From a virus: a stretch of 64,000 nucleotides of DNA. The stretch covers positions 64,001 to 128,000 of the IMG/VR virus record IMGVR_UViG_3300020048_000015. The stretch is one strand, 5' to 3'. Below, piece after piece: positions 27,260-35,734 of this stretch. A model generated the notes under the pieces. That model saw only the letters and a list, made by a program, of their open reading frames with translations. It searched no databases and was not told the DNA's origin. How positions within the stretch are numbered: position 1 is the stretch's first letter; the number at the start of each line of letters is the position of its first letter. Position numbers and translations under genes: made by a program.

Positions 27260-27309
27260 AATTTTTTTATTTTTATATATTAATATATAAAAATAAAAAA
27301 ATTATGCTA
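27254..27309. repeat. Perfect 56-bp palindrome covering both divergent start codons and two back-to-back TAATATATA motifs
   Basis: TAGCATAATTTTTTTATTTTTATATATT|AATATATAAAAATAAAAAAATTATGCTA, checked base by base. Confidence 0.95.
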
Positions 27310-28140
27310 ATTAAAAATGATACCCAATCTTTAGGCAGGAATATTTTATTTAACTTGTTAAGCGAATTAGGATATACTGATATTAAAGATTTTCAAAGTA
27401 AAAATGGTTTAGATTCTGATGGATTATTTGGTATGAATTCTTATAATAAATTATATAAGATATTATTAAATGTTCAAGAAATACCATTTGATGGATTCTA
27501 CTTTAAAGAATTATTTCCAAAAAAACAAATAATTTGGCATCATTCCGCTGGTTGGGATAATGCAAGAGGTATGTTTGAATGGTGGAAAGCAGATAAAGTA
27601 ATACACGTTGCAACAGCAATTGGAATTAGTGATGATGGTAAAATAAGCAGAGGATTTGATGAATCATATTGGGCTGCTGCTATTGGATGTAAATCTAATG
27701 TTTTTACAGATAATGGTGTTCCATTAATTTATAAAAATGGAACTATTTATAACAATAGATCGTTAGACGAACAAGCAGTTGCAGTTGAAGTTTGTAATTG
27801 GGGATCACTTACAGTAAAAGATAGTAAATACTATTCTTGGAGTAATGCAGAAATAAACAAAGATAAAGTTATTGAATTAAACTACAAAAATACCAAGTAT
27901 TACGAAGCTTACACAGATGCTGAAATAAAAGCTTTAAAATATTGGACATTATTAGTAGCTATGAGATTTGATATTCCATTAGTATATAATTATGATGACT
28001 TTTTTAAAGTAAGTAAAAAGGCTTTATCAGGTGAAAAAGGTTTATTCACACACAATTCTTATAGAGTTGATAAGAATGATGTTAGCCCACAACCTAAATT
28101 GATTGAAATGGCAAAAGCTTTAGAATCTTATACAAAATAA
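27304..28140 (+). CDS. Endolysin: PG-binding domain + N-acetylmuramoyl-L-alanine amidase (Amidase_2-like)
   Basis: FQSKNGLDSDGLFG (PG-binding); IIWHHSAG, AVEVCNWG, FTHNSYRVDKNDVSP (Zn-amidase motifs). Confidence 0.85.
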   Translation: MLIKNDTQSLGRNILFNLLSELGYTDIKDFQSKNGLDSDGLFGMNSYNKLYKILLNVQEIPFDGFYFKELFPKKQIIWHHSAGWDNARGMFEWWKADKVIHVATAIGISDDGKISRGFDESYWAAAIGCKSNVFTDNGVPLIYKNGTIYNNRSLDEQAVAVEVCNWGSLTVKDSKYYSWSNAEINKDKVIELNYKNTKYYEAYTDAEIKALKYWTLLVAMRFDIPLVYNYDDFFKVSKKALSGEKGLFTHNSYRVDKNDVSPQPKLIEMAKALESYTK

Positions 28141-28203
28141 ATTAAACTTTTTAGAAAGCATATCATATAAGATATGCTTTCTTTAATTTTAAAAAATAAT
28201 AAT

Positions 28204-28494
28204 ATGAACAAAATTACAAAAACAAACCAGGAAACAATCACAATCACAAGTTCAGAAAAATCTTTTAAAGTATTAACTTCTAAACAAAAAGATTTGTTTT
28301 ATGTCATAACAGAATCACCCGTTTCATTTACATTAATGTCATCTGCCGAATTAATGGAAAAGTTTGATATTGAATTAAATGACCTACCAAATTCAGAAAA
28401 TAATTATACTGTAACAAAAAGTGAAATATTAGCTAACCCAAATAATTATTCATTAGGCGGAGTCGTAAGAAAAAAACTATATAATGGAAATTAA
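28204..28494 (+). CDS. Hypothetical protein
   Basis: Start probably at the second ATG. Confidence 0.65.
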   Translation: MNKITKTNQETITITSSEKSFKVLTSKQKDLFYVITESPVSFTLMSSAELMEKFDIELNDLPNSENNYTVTKSEILANPNNYSLGGVVRKKLYNGN

Positions 28495-28765
28495 AGAAAT
28501 ACAAAACAAAAAAGTAGAAATCATAACTGATATAATTTGTGATTCATGTGGACAAAGCTGTAAAGTTAGAGAAGATATAATTGATAATGATTTAAGAATA
28601 GACCATGTACAACCTTCTTATAGTTTTGAATTTATGGATTTAGAAGCCCATTGGGGTTATGATAGTGGAAAAGATTGTGAAAGTTGGTCTGCACAAATTT
28701 GTGAAAAATGTGTTGATGAAAAATTATCATTTATAAAATTCAAAAAGAAAGAATATGGAAAATGA
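28484..28765 (+). CDS. Zn-ribbon hypothetical protein
   Basis: CDSCG...CEKC. Confidence 0.7.
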   Translation: MEIKEIQNKKVEIITDIICDSCGQSCKVREDIIDNDLRIDHVQPSYSFEFMDLEAHWGYDSGKDCESWSAQICEKCVDEKLSFIKFKKKEYGK

Positions 28766-29012
28766 AATCCAAAAAGAATTATTAAATTTTTTAGAACCAT
28801 TATTGATACCACATCAATTCAAAAAGGACTTCGTAGAAGAAGACGAAGTATTAATTTGGAAGAATGATGGAGAAACTTTAAGAAACCTTATTATTCATGA
28901 TGATGGAACTATGTGTTTATCAATAATAAATATTAATGATTCAAGAAAAAAACTTAGTTTTTTTGAAAGTACAGATAACCCAGAAGAAATTGTAAAATAC
29001 TTACTACTATGA
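28755..29012 (+). CDS. Hypothetical protein
   Basis: 85-aa coupled ORF. Confidence 0.65.
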   Translation: MENEIQKELLNFLEPLLIPHQFKKDFVEEDEVLIWKNDGETLRNLIIHDDGTMCLSIININDSRKKLSFFESTDNPEEIVKYLLL

Positions 29013-29599
29013 AAAATTTAATTTTAATTTTTTTATCATTATTATTTACACCAAATAATAATGATACACCACCTTTAAGAGCTTTATTTATTGGTGATAG
29101 TCTTACTTGCTATGCAAATGGTTGGCAACAACAATTATCAGAAAAATATGACTACCAATATACTAATATATCATCAGGTGGTAAAAGAACTCTTTGGATG
29201 GTTAATACATTAACAAATCATTTAAATAAAGATGATAATTATAGTAATGTTTTTATATATGGTGGTTGTAATGATGCCTTTTCATATGTTGATTTACAAA
29301 GCTCTGTAAATAACATACAAAAAATGGTAGATTTATGTAATTCAAGAAGAATAAAACCTTATGTTATTATAGGCTATAATCCAGCTAAAGTAATCTTGAA
29401 AACACCATATAGCAATGAAATAACAAAAAGATCAAGGGAACGCTATATAGAATTGCAAAAACTAATGAATGGACTTAGAAATTGTGTTATAATCCCTATG
29501 GATACAACAGTAACATATTCTGATAGTGAAGATGGTGTCCACTTAAAGGGTTCAGGACATAGAAAATTTGGTAATTGGGTAATAAACAAAATGAAATAA
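29009..29599 (+). CDS. SGNH/GDSL hydrolase with signal peptide
   Basis: FIGDSLT (block I), SSGG (II), GGCND (III), DGVH (V). Confidence 0.88.
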   Translation: MKNLILIFLSLLFTPNNNDTPPLRALFIGDSLTCYANGWQQQLSEKYDYQYTNISSGGKRTLWMVNTLTNHLNKDDNYSNVFIYGGCNDAFSYVDLQSSVNNIQKMVDLCNSRRIKPYVIIGYNPAKVILKTPYSNEITKRSRERYIELQKLMNGLRNCVIIPMDTTVTYSDSEDGVHLKGSGHRKFGNWVINKMK

Positions 29600-29600
29600 T

Positions 29601-29831
29601 ATGAAATCACCAATAAGCCCAACAACTGGAAAAGAAATGATTTTACTATCAGAAAATAAAACCTTTATTAAAAGGGGCATAGAAATTGAAATACAATATC
29701 AATTTTATCTTTGTATAGATAGTGGTGAAAAATATACAACAACTGAATTAGAAGAAATCAATCTGAATCTTTTAGATTCAGAATTCAAAAGATTAAGTAG
29801 AGAATTAAGAATAAATGACATCATAAACTGA
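29601..29831 (+). CDS. Stand-alone MqsA/YgiT-type zinc-ribbon-like domain
   Basis: SPTTGKEM...YQFYLCIDSGEKYTTTE resembles the N-terminus of Bacteroidota MqsA-family antitoxins. No HTH. Confidence 0.55.
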   Translation: MKSPISPTTGKEMILLSENKTFIKRGIEIEIQYQFYLCIDSGEKYTTTELEEINLNLLDSEFKRLSRELRINDIIN

Positions 29832-29843
29832 TGTCATTTTTTT

Positions 29844-30575
29844 TTATTTTTCATAATCAACTATATTAACTAAATCCTTTATGATATTATCTATTATATA
29901 GAATCCATTATTATAATTTGGATCCTTATATAATTTAATATTTAATCTACTTGAATCTATTTCATAAATTATCCATTTATCATTTATTTTATTCTTACTG
30001 TTTTTCATTTTATTTGCAAAATAATTAATCTTCATTCTATTTATAAGATTGTAACAATCATTAATGTTTTCACAAACATATATTCTATCTAAATGCTTTG
30101 ACAATTTATTTTTTGATTTTGGCACTAAGCCATATTTTAAAATATCAGTTTTATATTCTTGTATTGAAAGATGGAATAGTTTTTTTGGTATATTAGTTTC
30201 TATATCATATTTTGATTCATATATTATTTCAACTGTTTGAAAATATTTACTATTATCACTTTTAAGCATATCTTCATCATAAGAAAATTCATTCACCATA
30301 CCAGAAAAATTAGTTATAATCATCTTACTTGGAAACCAACCATGTCTATCTATAAATAAATTATCAATTACATCTAAATATAATCCAATTCCAATTATAT
30401 ATCTATAATCTAATAATTCTAAAGATATTGTATTGTTTTGATTTATCCCAATATTAAAATTATAATTCAATAATGCCAATTCTGATTTAACATTACTAAC
30501 TGTTAAATCTATATTATGGGTTTTTAAAGTTTCATTTAATATAAACTCTGACCATTTTTTTATAAATAATTTCAT
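29844..30575 (-). CDS. Leader-bearing Tpt1/KptA-like ADP-ribosyltransferase-fold protein (paralog 1)
   Basis: LFHLS....ILKYGLVPK......RIYVC...WIIYEID..LYKDP. Confidence 0.55.
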   Translation of the reverse strand: MKLFIKKWSEFILNETLKTHNIDLTVSNVKSELALLNYNFNIGINQNNTISLELLDYRYIIGIGLYLDVIDNLFIDRHGWFPSKMIITNFSGMVNEFSYDEDMLKSDNSKYFQTVEIIYESKYDIETNIPKKLFHLSIQEYKTDILKYGLVPKSKNKLSKHLDRIYVCENINDCYNLINRMKINYFANKMKNSKNKINDKWIIYEIDSSRLNIKLYKDPNYNNGFYIIDNIIKDLVNIVDYEK

Positions 30576-30609
30576 TATCTATATATATAATTTAATATAT
30601 ATCCTATAT

Positions 30610-30855
30610 ATGGAAAATATTTTAAAATTTAAAGACTTCATCAGAGAAGGCGCATTACCACAAGAATCTACTGTTAAACAGTTAAAGAAAATCAAAAAGA
30701 AAATTGATAAAGAAATTGGTGGTGATATTGGTGATAAAATTTCTGATATGAATAAACAAGGTGCTAATATAGACTATATTAGAAACCCAATTGAAACTGG
30801 AATAGAATCTTATCAAGATTATCAAAAAAATAATAAAAATGATAAAAAAATTTAA
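30610..30855 (+). CDS. Small hypothetical protein with leader
   Basis: MENILKFKDFIREG; TAATATATA at 30593-30601. Confidence 0.7.
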   Translation: MENILKFKDFIREGALPQESTVKQLKKIKKKIDKEIGGDIGDKISDMNKQGANIDYIRNPIETGIESYQDYQKNNKNDKKI

Positions 30856-31558
30856 TGAATATTTAGAAACATTAAACGAAGGAATTATAAAAACAACTGA
30901 TATAGATCAAACAATAAATAGTTCACATAATTTTTTATCTAAATTAAAAATAGACTATGAAATAACTAAATTTAATAATAAAATTTTATTAAAAATAAAT
31001 AGCTTTGATAATATACATTTAATAAGAGATATATTTAATACAATTGAATCATATTTTATAAATATGAATGGTTGGTTTCCATCTACTATGGATTTAGATA
31101 GTATACACAATTCAAATAAAATATTATCATATAACAATGAATATTTAATTGCAAGACAAAACTTTTTGAAATCAGTTACTTTATATTTTGAATCTAAATT
31201 TGATATTGAAGATATTATACCAAATAAATTATATCACTTATCTATACAAAATTTTGAAAAGGGAATTATAAAATATGGTTTAGTTCCAAAAGAAAAATCT
31301 AAATTAACACAGCATCCAGATAGAATTTATGTATGTAAAACAATTCAAGATTGTAAAAATTTAATTTATCAAATGAAGTTTTATTATAGCAATTTGAAAA
31401 TAGAAAATCCAAAAAACAAAATAAATGATAAATGGATAATATATGAAATAGATACTACATCAGTAAATAAATTATATAAAGATCCAAATTACAACAATGG
31501 ATTTTATATCTTAAATCCAATTAAACCAAGTGATATAAAAATAATAGAAAAGGAATGA
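30839..31558 (+). CDS. Leader-bearing Tpt1/KptA-like ADP-ribosyltransferase-fold protein (paralog 2)
   Basis: LYHLS....IIKYGLVPK......RIYVC...WIIYEID..LYKDPNYNNGFY. Clear paralog of 29844-30575. Confidence 0.55.
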   Translation: MIKKFNEYLETLNEGIIKTTDIDQTINSSHNFLSKLKIDYEITKFNNKILLKINSFDNIHLIRDIFNTIESYFINMNGWFPSTMDLDSIHNSNKILSYNNEYLIARQNFLKSVTLYFESKFDIEDIIPNKLYHLSIQNFEKGIIKYGLVPKEKSKLTQHPDRIYVCKTIQDCKNLIYQMKFYYSNLKIENPKNKINDKWIIYEIDTTSVNKLYKDPNYNNGFYILNPIKPSDIKIIEKE

Positions 31559-32097
31559 TAATTAAAAAATATAAACTATTTATGGAAAGCAAAAATAGAA
31601 CTTATGATTATGGTTGTGTTATGGTATATTTAGATATATCTAATTGGGAAAGGATAATTTCAAATATAGATGAAAATGACCTATATAAACCAGAAGATGA
31701 ACATTATGGCAGAGAAACCGAACCACATCTAACACTTCTTTATGGATTACACAAAGAAGTTACTAAAGAAGAAATATCAACTATATTTAAAGATACAAAA
31801 TCAACAGATTTTAAAATTCAAATAGATGGTATAAGTATTTTTGAAAATGATGAATTTGATGTTGTTAAAATGGATATTAAATTAAATGATAAATTAACCC
31901 ATTATAATAGTGAATTGTCAAAATTACCAAATTCTAATTCTTATAAAGACTATAAACCACATTTAACAGTTGCTTATGTTAAAAAAGGATTAGGCAAAAA
32001 GTATATTGATCCTGATTATAAATATACATTTAAAGATGTAAGTAAAATAGTATTTTCACAAGCAAATGGCGAAAAAATAAATATAAATTTAAAATGA
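31555..32097 (+). CDS. 2H phosphoesterase with leader (2'-5' RNA ligase/Acb1-like fold)
   Basis: PHLTLLYG and PHLTVAY HxT motifs. Confidence 0.85.
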   Translation: MIIKKYKLFMESKNRTYDYGCVMVYLDISNWERIISNIDENDLYKPEDEHYGRETEPHLTLLYGLHKEVTKEEISTIFKDTKSTDFKIQIDGISIFENDEFDVVKMDIKLNDKLTHYNSELSKLPNSNSYKDYKPHLTVAYVKKGLGKKYIDPDYKYTFKDVSKIVFSQANGEKININLK

Positions 32098-32672
32098 AAA
32101 AAATATTAATCTTATTGTTTTTTAGTTTTTTTAACTTAAACCTAAATGCACAAATAGACCCATTTAATACTATTGTAGCATATAATGATGTTGCATTCAC
32201 ATCACCAAGTGAATTACCTGAATTTAAACCATATGTAGCACAATTATCTACTAAAATAGATTATTGTTTAATTGAACCTATGGATTTAAAATGTTTAATT
32301 GATACAAAAAGTAAGATATATTTAATAGACACAAGAAATAAAGAAGAATATAATTATAGCCACATAATAAATTCAAAATCTGTTAGCTATGATAATTTCA
32401 GTGTTGAAAAAGTATGGATGATAGATAGAAATACTACTGTTATATTATATGGAATTGATAATAAGCATAATGTCCATATATATTCATATATGAAAATGAT
32501 GGGTTTTATTGATGTTAGAATATTAAATGGTGATATTATAAATTGGTTAAACAATTGCTATAATCTAATTGATAAAAATGGAAATCAAACTACTGAAATT
32601 CTTTTAAATGATAAGTATAAAATAAAAACATTAAAAAGAGGAAAAGCCATACAGAAACACATATTTTTTTAA
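32094..32672 (+). CDS. Secreted rhodanese-like domain protein
   Basis: Signal peptide; LIDTRNKEEYNYSHI...VILYG...MGFIDVRILNGDIINW. Catalytic Cys absent. Confidence 0.75.
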   Translation: MKKILILLFFSFFNLNLNAQIDPFNTIVAYNDVAFTSPSELPEFKPYVAQLSTKIDYCLIEPMDLKCLIDTKSKIYLIDTRNKEEYNYSHIINSKSVSYDNFSVEKVWMIDRNTTVILYGIDNKHNVHIYSYMKMMGFIDVRILNGDIINWLNNCYNLIDKNGNQTTEILLNDKYKIKTLKRGKAIQKHIFF

Positions 32673-32777
32673 AAAATATTTAAATATAATTAATTAATTT
32701 TAAACTTTATAGTTTTTTTAGATATAAATTATATCAATTCGAAAGATTTGAAATATAAAAAAAATTATAAAGCAAAA

Positions 32778-33722
32778 ATGGCAGATTTTAATGATTTATT
32801 CAGTGGCGATTTAGGAACTAAAATGGACTTCCTTAATGACAAAAAAACAACCAATACAGATGGTATTTATCGTATTGATTTAAGTAAAGTAAAAGACAAA
32901 AAGAAAGGTTATCGTTCAGTTGTTCGTTTCCTACCAAATTTAACAAAAGAAGGTAAGGTTTCACAAAGTGCGATAGAAAAAATTACACATTACGTTGATA
33001 TTAAAAACGTCAAAGAACTTTCAGGATGGTTTGATTCTCCTAAGAACTTTAATGAAAAATGTCCTTTGACAGATTTGTATTACGCAATGACCAATTCAAA
33101 AAATGCAATTCTTATGGAAAAAGCAAAATGTTTGAAATATTCCAAAAAATATTATTCATATGTTTTAATTCTTGAAGATGAGCAGCAACCAGAATTAGTT
33201 GGTAAAATAATGATTTTCCAATATGGTAAAACTATCAAGGATAAAATTTTGGCAGAAAAGAATGGTGAAATTTCAGGTGTCCCTTGTAATGTTTTTGATT
33301 TATCAGCAGGTAAAGATTTCGTTTTCTTAGTAAAAGAAATTCAAACTGGTGATGAAACTTATCCAGACTACAAAAATTCAATGTTCAAAGGTGAATTGAC
33401 ATCATTACCTATCTATATTGAAGGAAAAGGTTTTAAAAATGTTCCAACATCTAATGGTGAAATTGATTCAAAAGCTCGTCAAACAGTAATTGATTTCCTT
33501 TTAAACCGAGAAAATGAATTGGAAGATTTTGAACCTAAAAGACTAAATGATGAACAACAAGCAAAAATAAGTGAAATATCTGCATTTTTGACTGGTAAAT
33601 CATCAAGTGGCTTCCAAGCACAAAAGCCTGCTTCTAATGACTTTGAAGTTGAAGATATGGTAATATCAAGCAAAAAGGTTGAAACAGCAGATGAAGATGA
33701 TTTCTTTAGTGATTTTAGCTAA
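32778..33722 (+). CDS. T4 gp32-like single-stranded DNA-binding protein
   Basis: VRFLP, CPLTD, YYSYVLILED, KIMIFQYGKTI, FDLSAGKDF, YPDY..S.F, acidic tail DEDDFFSDFS. Confidence 0.85.
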   Translation: MADFNDLFSGDLGTKMDFLNDKKTTNTDGIYRIDLSKVKDKKKGYRSVVRFLPNLTKEGKVSQSAIEKITHYVDIKNVKELSGWFDSPKNFNEKCPLTDLYYAMTNSKNAILMEKAKCLKYSKKYYSYVLILEDEQQPELVGKIMIFQYGKTIKDKILAEKNGEISGVPCNVFDLSAGKDFVFLVKEIQTGDETYPDYKNSMFKGELTSLPIYIEGKGFKNVPTSNGEIDSKARQTVIDFLLNRENELEDFEPKRLNDEQQAKISEISAFLTGKSSSGFQAQKPASNDFEVEDMVISSKKVETADEDDFFSDFS

Positions 33723-33728
33723 AAAAAT

Positions 33729-33767
33729 AAAAAGACCTTTGTTTTTTAATAAAACAAAGGTCTTTTT
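33729..33767 (+). terminator. Intrinsic terminator
   Basis: aaaaagacctttgtttt-ttaat-aaaacaaaggtcttttt. Confidence 0.85.
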
Positions 33768-33799
33768 TTATATATAAAAATAAAATAAATTTTAATATA

Positions 33800-34654
33800 A
33801 TGAAAGGTAAAAAATTTATAGATTTACTTACAGGAAATATGGTTGAAGTAAAAGATTCATTTGAAGATATAATAATTCTAACAGATTCATCTAAAATAAA
33901 AATCAATAGACTCTTAGATAAAAATTTCTATGATGAATATATTGACCCAACAACATTTTTTAAAAATGATAACTTATTAAATTCATTTACAGATAAAATA
34001 AGACAAATACCAAATGAAATCGTTCAAAGTATGAATGAAAGCATTGATACTAATAATTTATCTGGATCAACATCACTTAAACCAATGATGAATGAATCTG
34101 CTGTATATTTAGCTGATCCAGAAGCAGAAAAAAGAGAATTGATGGAAAAGTATGGTATAAAAGACAATGCTGTTTCAGAAGCCAATAAACAAATGGAAAA
34201 ATTCAAACATCTATTAGAAGATCCAGAAGATCCACAAAATGTTCAAAAAGTAGAAGTTATAAGAAGTGAAGAACCTATACAAAAAATAGAAGTAAATAGA
34301 GATGTAATTGAAGATGATAACCCACACTATAAACCATCTAAAAATGAACATAGACATATTGAAGATCCAATTATAACAATGTTTAGAAATGTTAAAAGAA
34401 ATAAAGAATTTAAAATAACATTGGATATTGAAAATAAAATACCAAGACCAGATTTTATTGAAATGATGGAAGATTCTTATAACACTTCAATTATTGAATT
34501 TTTAGCAGATGAATTTACAAATGAATTATTAAACAATCCAAAGTTAATAAAAGATAAAATCTTGGCTGAAATAAATAAAATAGTTTATGGGGAAATTAAA
34601 AAAGAACCAGTTAAACCAAAAACAACCAGAAAAAAAGCAACAATTAAAGAATGA
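33800..34654 (+). CDS. Hypothetical protein
   Basis: 284-aa ORF after TTTATATATA. Confidence 0.8.
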   Translation: MKGKKFIDLLTGNMVEVKDSFEDIIILTDSSKIKINRLLDKNFYDEYIDPTTFFKNDNLLNSFTDKIRQIPNEIVQSMNESIDTNNLSGSTSLKPMMNESAVYLADPEAEKRELMEKYGIKDNAVSEANKQMEKFKHLLEDPEDPQNVQKVEVIRSEEPIQKIEVNRDVIEDDNPHYKPSKNEHRHIEDPIITMFRNVKRNKEFKITLDIENKIPRPDFIEMMEDSYNTSIIEFLADEFTNELLNNPKLIKDKILAEINKIVYGEIKKEPVKPKTTRKKATIKE

Positions 34655-35040
34655 TAGATATACAATTATTAGAAAGTGCTAAAATTATTAGAAAGGACTT
34701 TTTAAGTCTTAATAATTCACTAAATAAATATCAAGATGATGTTAGAAAACTAGCAGAATTTTTATTTAAAAAGGTTGATGAAATAAAAGAATATAATGAA
34801 ACTATTAAGAATATTAAAACAAAAAATGATATAAATACAGTTTCAAAGCATATATTAACTGAAATTGAATCTATTGAATTAGAAGAAAAAAAACTTAGAA
34901 ATAAAGTAAATAAAATAAATGAAGAATTAGAAAAACTTCAAAAGGATGAAGAAGTACTTTATAAAACAATAAAAGATAGATATCCTAAATTAAATGATGA
35001 TGATATAATAAAAGAAATACATCAACATCTTGTGCGATAA
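34651..35040 (+). CDS. Coiled-coil hypothetical protein
   Basis: 129 aa, heptad-rich. Confidence 0.75.
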   Translation: MIDIQLLESAKIIRKDFLSLNNSLNKYQDDVRKLAEFLFKKVDEIKEYNETIKNIKTKNDINTVSKHILTEIESIELEEKKLRNKVNKINEELEKLQKDEEVLYKTIKDRYPKLNDDDIIKEIHQHLVR

Positions 35041-35082
35041 AATATTAAAAATCTTCTTAACTTTAAGAAGATTTTTAATATT
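35041..35082 (+). terminator. Hairpin/terminator followed by TAATATATA
   Basis: 20-bp arms aatattaaaaatcttcttaa-ct-ttaagaagatttttaatatt. Confidence 0.7.
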
Positions 35083-35101
35083 TTAATTTAATATATAGAA
35101 T

Positions 35102-35350
35102 ATGAAATACTTAAAATTATTTGAAAACTTTAATCAATTTGAAATTGATGATATTCATAAAGAATACGAAGATTATATTATACTTGAAAAAAATATTCCA
35201 ACTAATTCAGAATTATGGAGTGCTTGTAAATCTTGGGCTAAATCTAAATACGATGTTTGGCCTTCCGCTTATGCATGTGGCGCAGCAGCAAAAAGATATA
35301 AAAGCAAAGGTGGAAAATGGAAAAAGAAAAAGAAAAAAAAATCTAAATAA
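35102..35350 (+). CDS. Small basic protein (WPSAYA..YK..GG.W type) with LRR-family leader
   Basis: MKYLKLFENFNQFEIDDI leader, then WPSAYACGAAAKRYKSKGGKW and poly-Lys. Confidence 0.7.
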   Translation: MKYLKLFENFNQFEIDDIHKEYEDYIILEKNIPTNSELWSACKSWAKSKYDVWPSAYACGAAAKRYKSKGGKWKKKKKKKSK

Positions 35351-35352
35351 TT

Positions 35353-35640
35353 ATGGAACATATACTTTTTTTTGAAGAATTTATAGCAGAATCTAATAAA
35401 GGCGGTTTAGATAAATGGTTTAAAGAAAAATGGGTTGATATATCCAAAACTAATCCAGATGGTTCACACCCACCATGTGGGAGAAGTGATGCAAGCAAAG
35501 GTGGATACCCAAAATGTAGAAAAGTAAAAGTAGCAAGTAAAATGTCAGAAAAAGAAAAAAAGGCTTCAGTTCAAAGAAAAAGAAAAGCTGAAAAGGAAGG
35601 ATCAAAAGGCACTGATAGAAGTCCAAATTATTCAAAATAA
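35353..35640 (+). CDS. Small basic protein (GL.KWFKEKWVDI..CGR..YPKCR type) with leader
   Basis: MEHILFFEEFIAES leader; highly basic body. Confidence 0.7.
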   Translation: MEHILFFEEFIAESNKGGLDKWFKEKWVDISKTNPDGSHPPCGRSDASKGGYPKCRKVKVASKMSEKEKKASVQRKRKAEKEGSKGTDRSPNYSK

Positions 35641-35678
35641 AATTAAAAAAGACCAATTTATATTGGTCTTTTTTAATT
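35641..35678 (+). terminator. Intrinsic terminator
   Basis: aattaaaaaagaccaat-ttat-attggtcttttttaatt. Confidence 0.85.
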
Positions 35679-35734
35679 ATAAATAGAAGAGTTTTAATTT
35701 TTAATATATAATACAAAATGTATAGACTATTTAA

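Noticed and set aside
3691-32708. (G/A)AACTTT as the -35 of an early promoter class (3691, 9917, 14431, 28144, 32702)
   Set aside because: Spacing to the following TATA-like element is inconsistent, so I cannot support it without motif statistics.
15102-32777. Track start sites 15102, 19335, 23012, 23358, 28174, 32748
   Set aside because: They overlap upstream genes or promoters. Downstream ATGs (15219, 19344, 23039, 23478, 28204, 32778) fit the leader, coupling or family N-terminus better.
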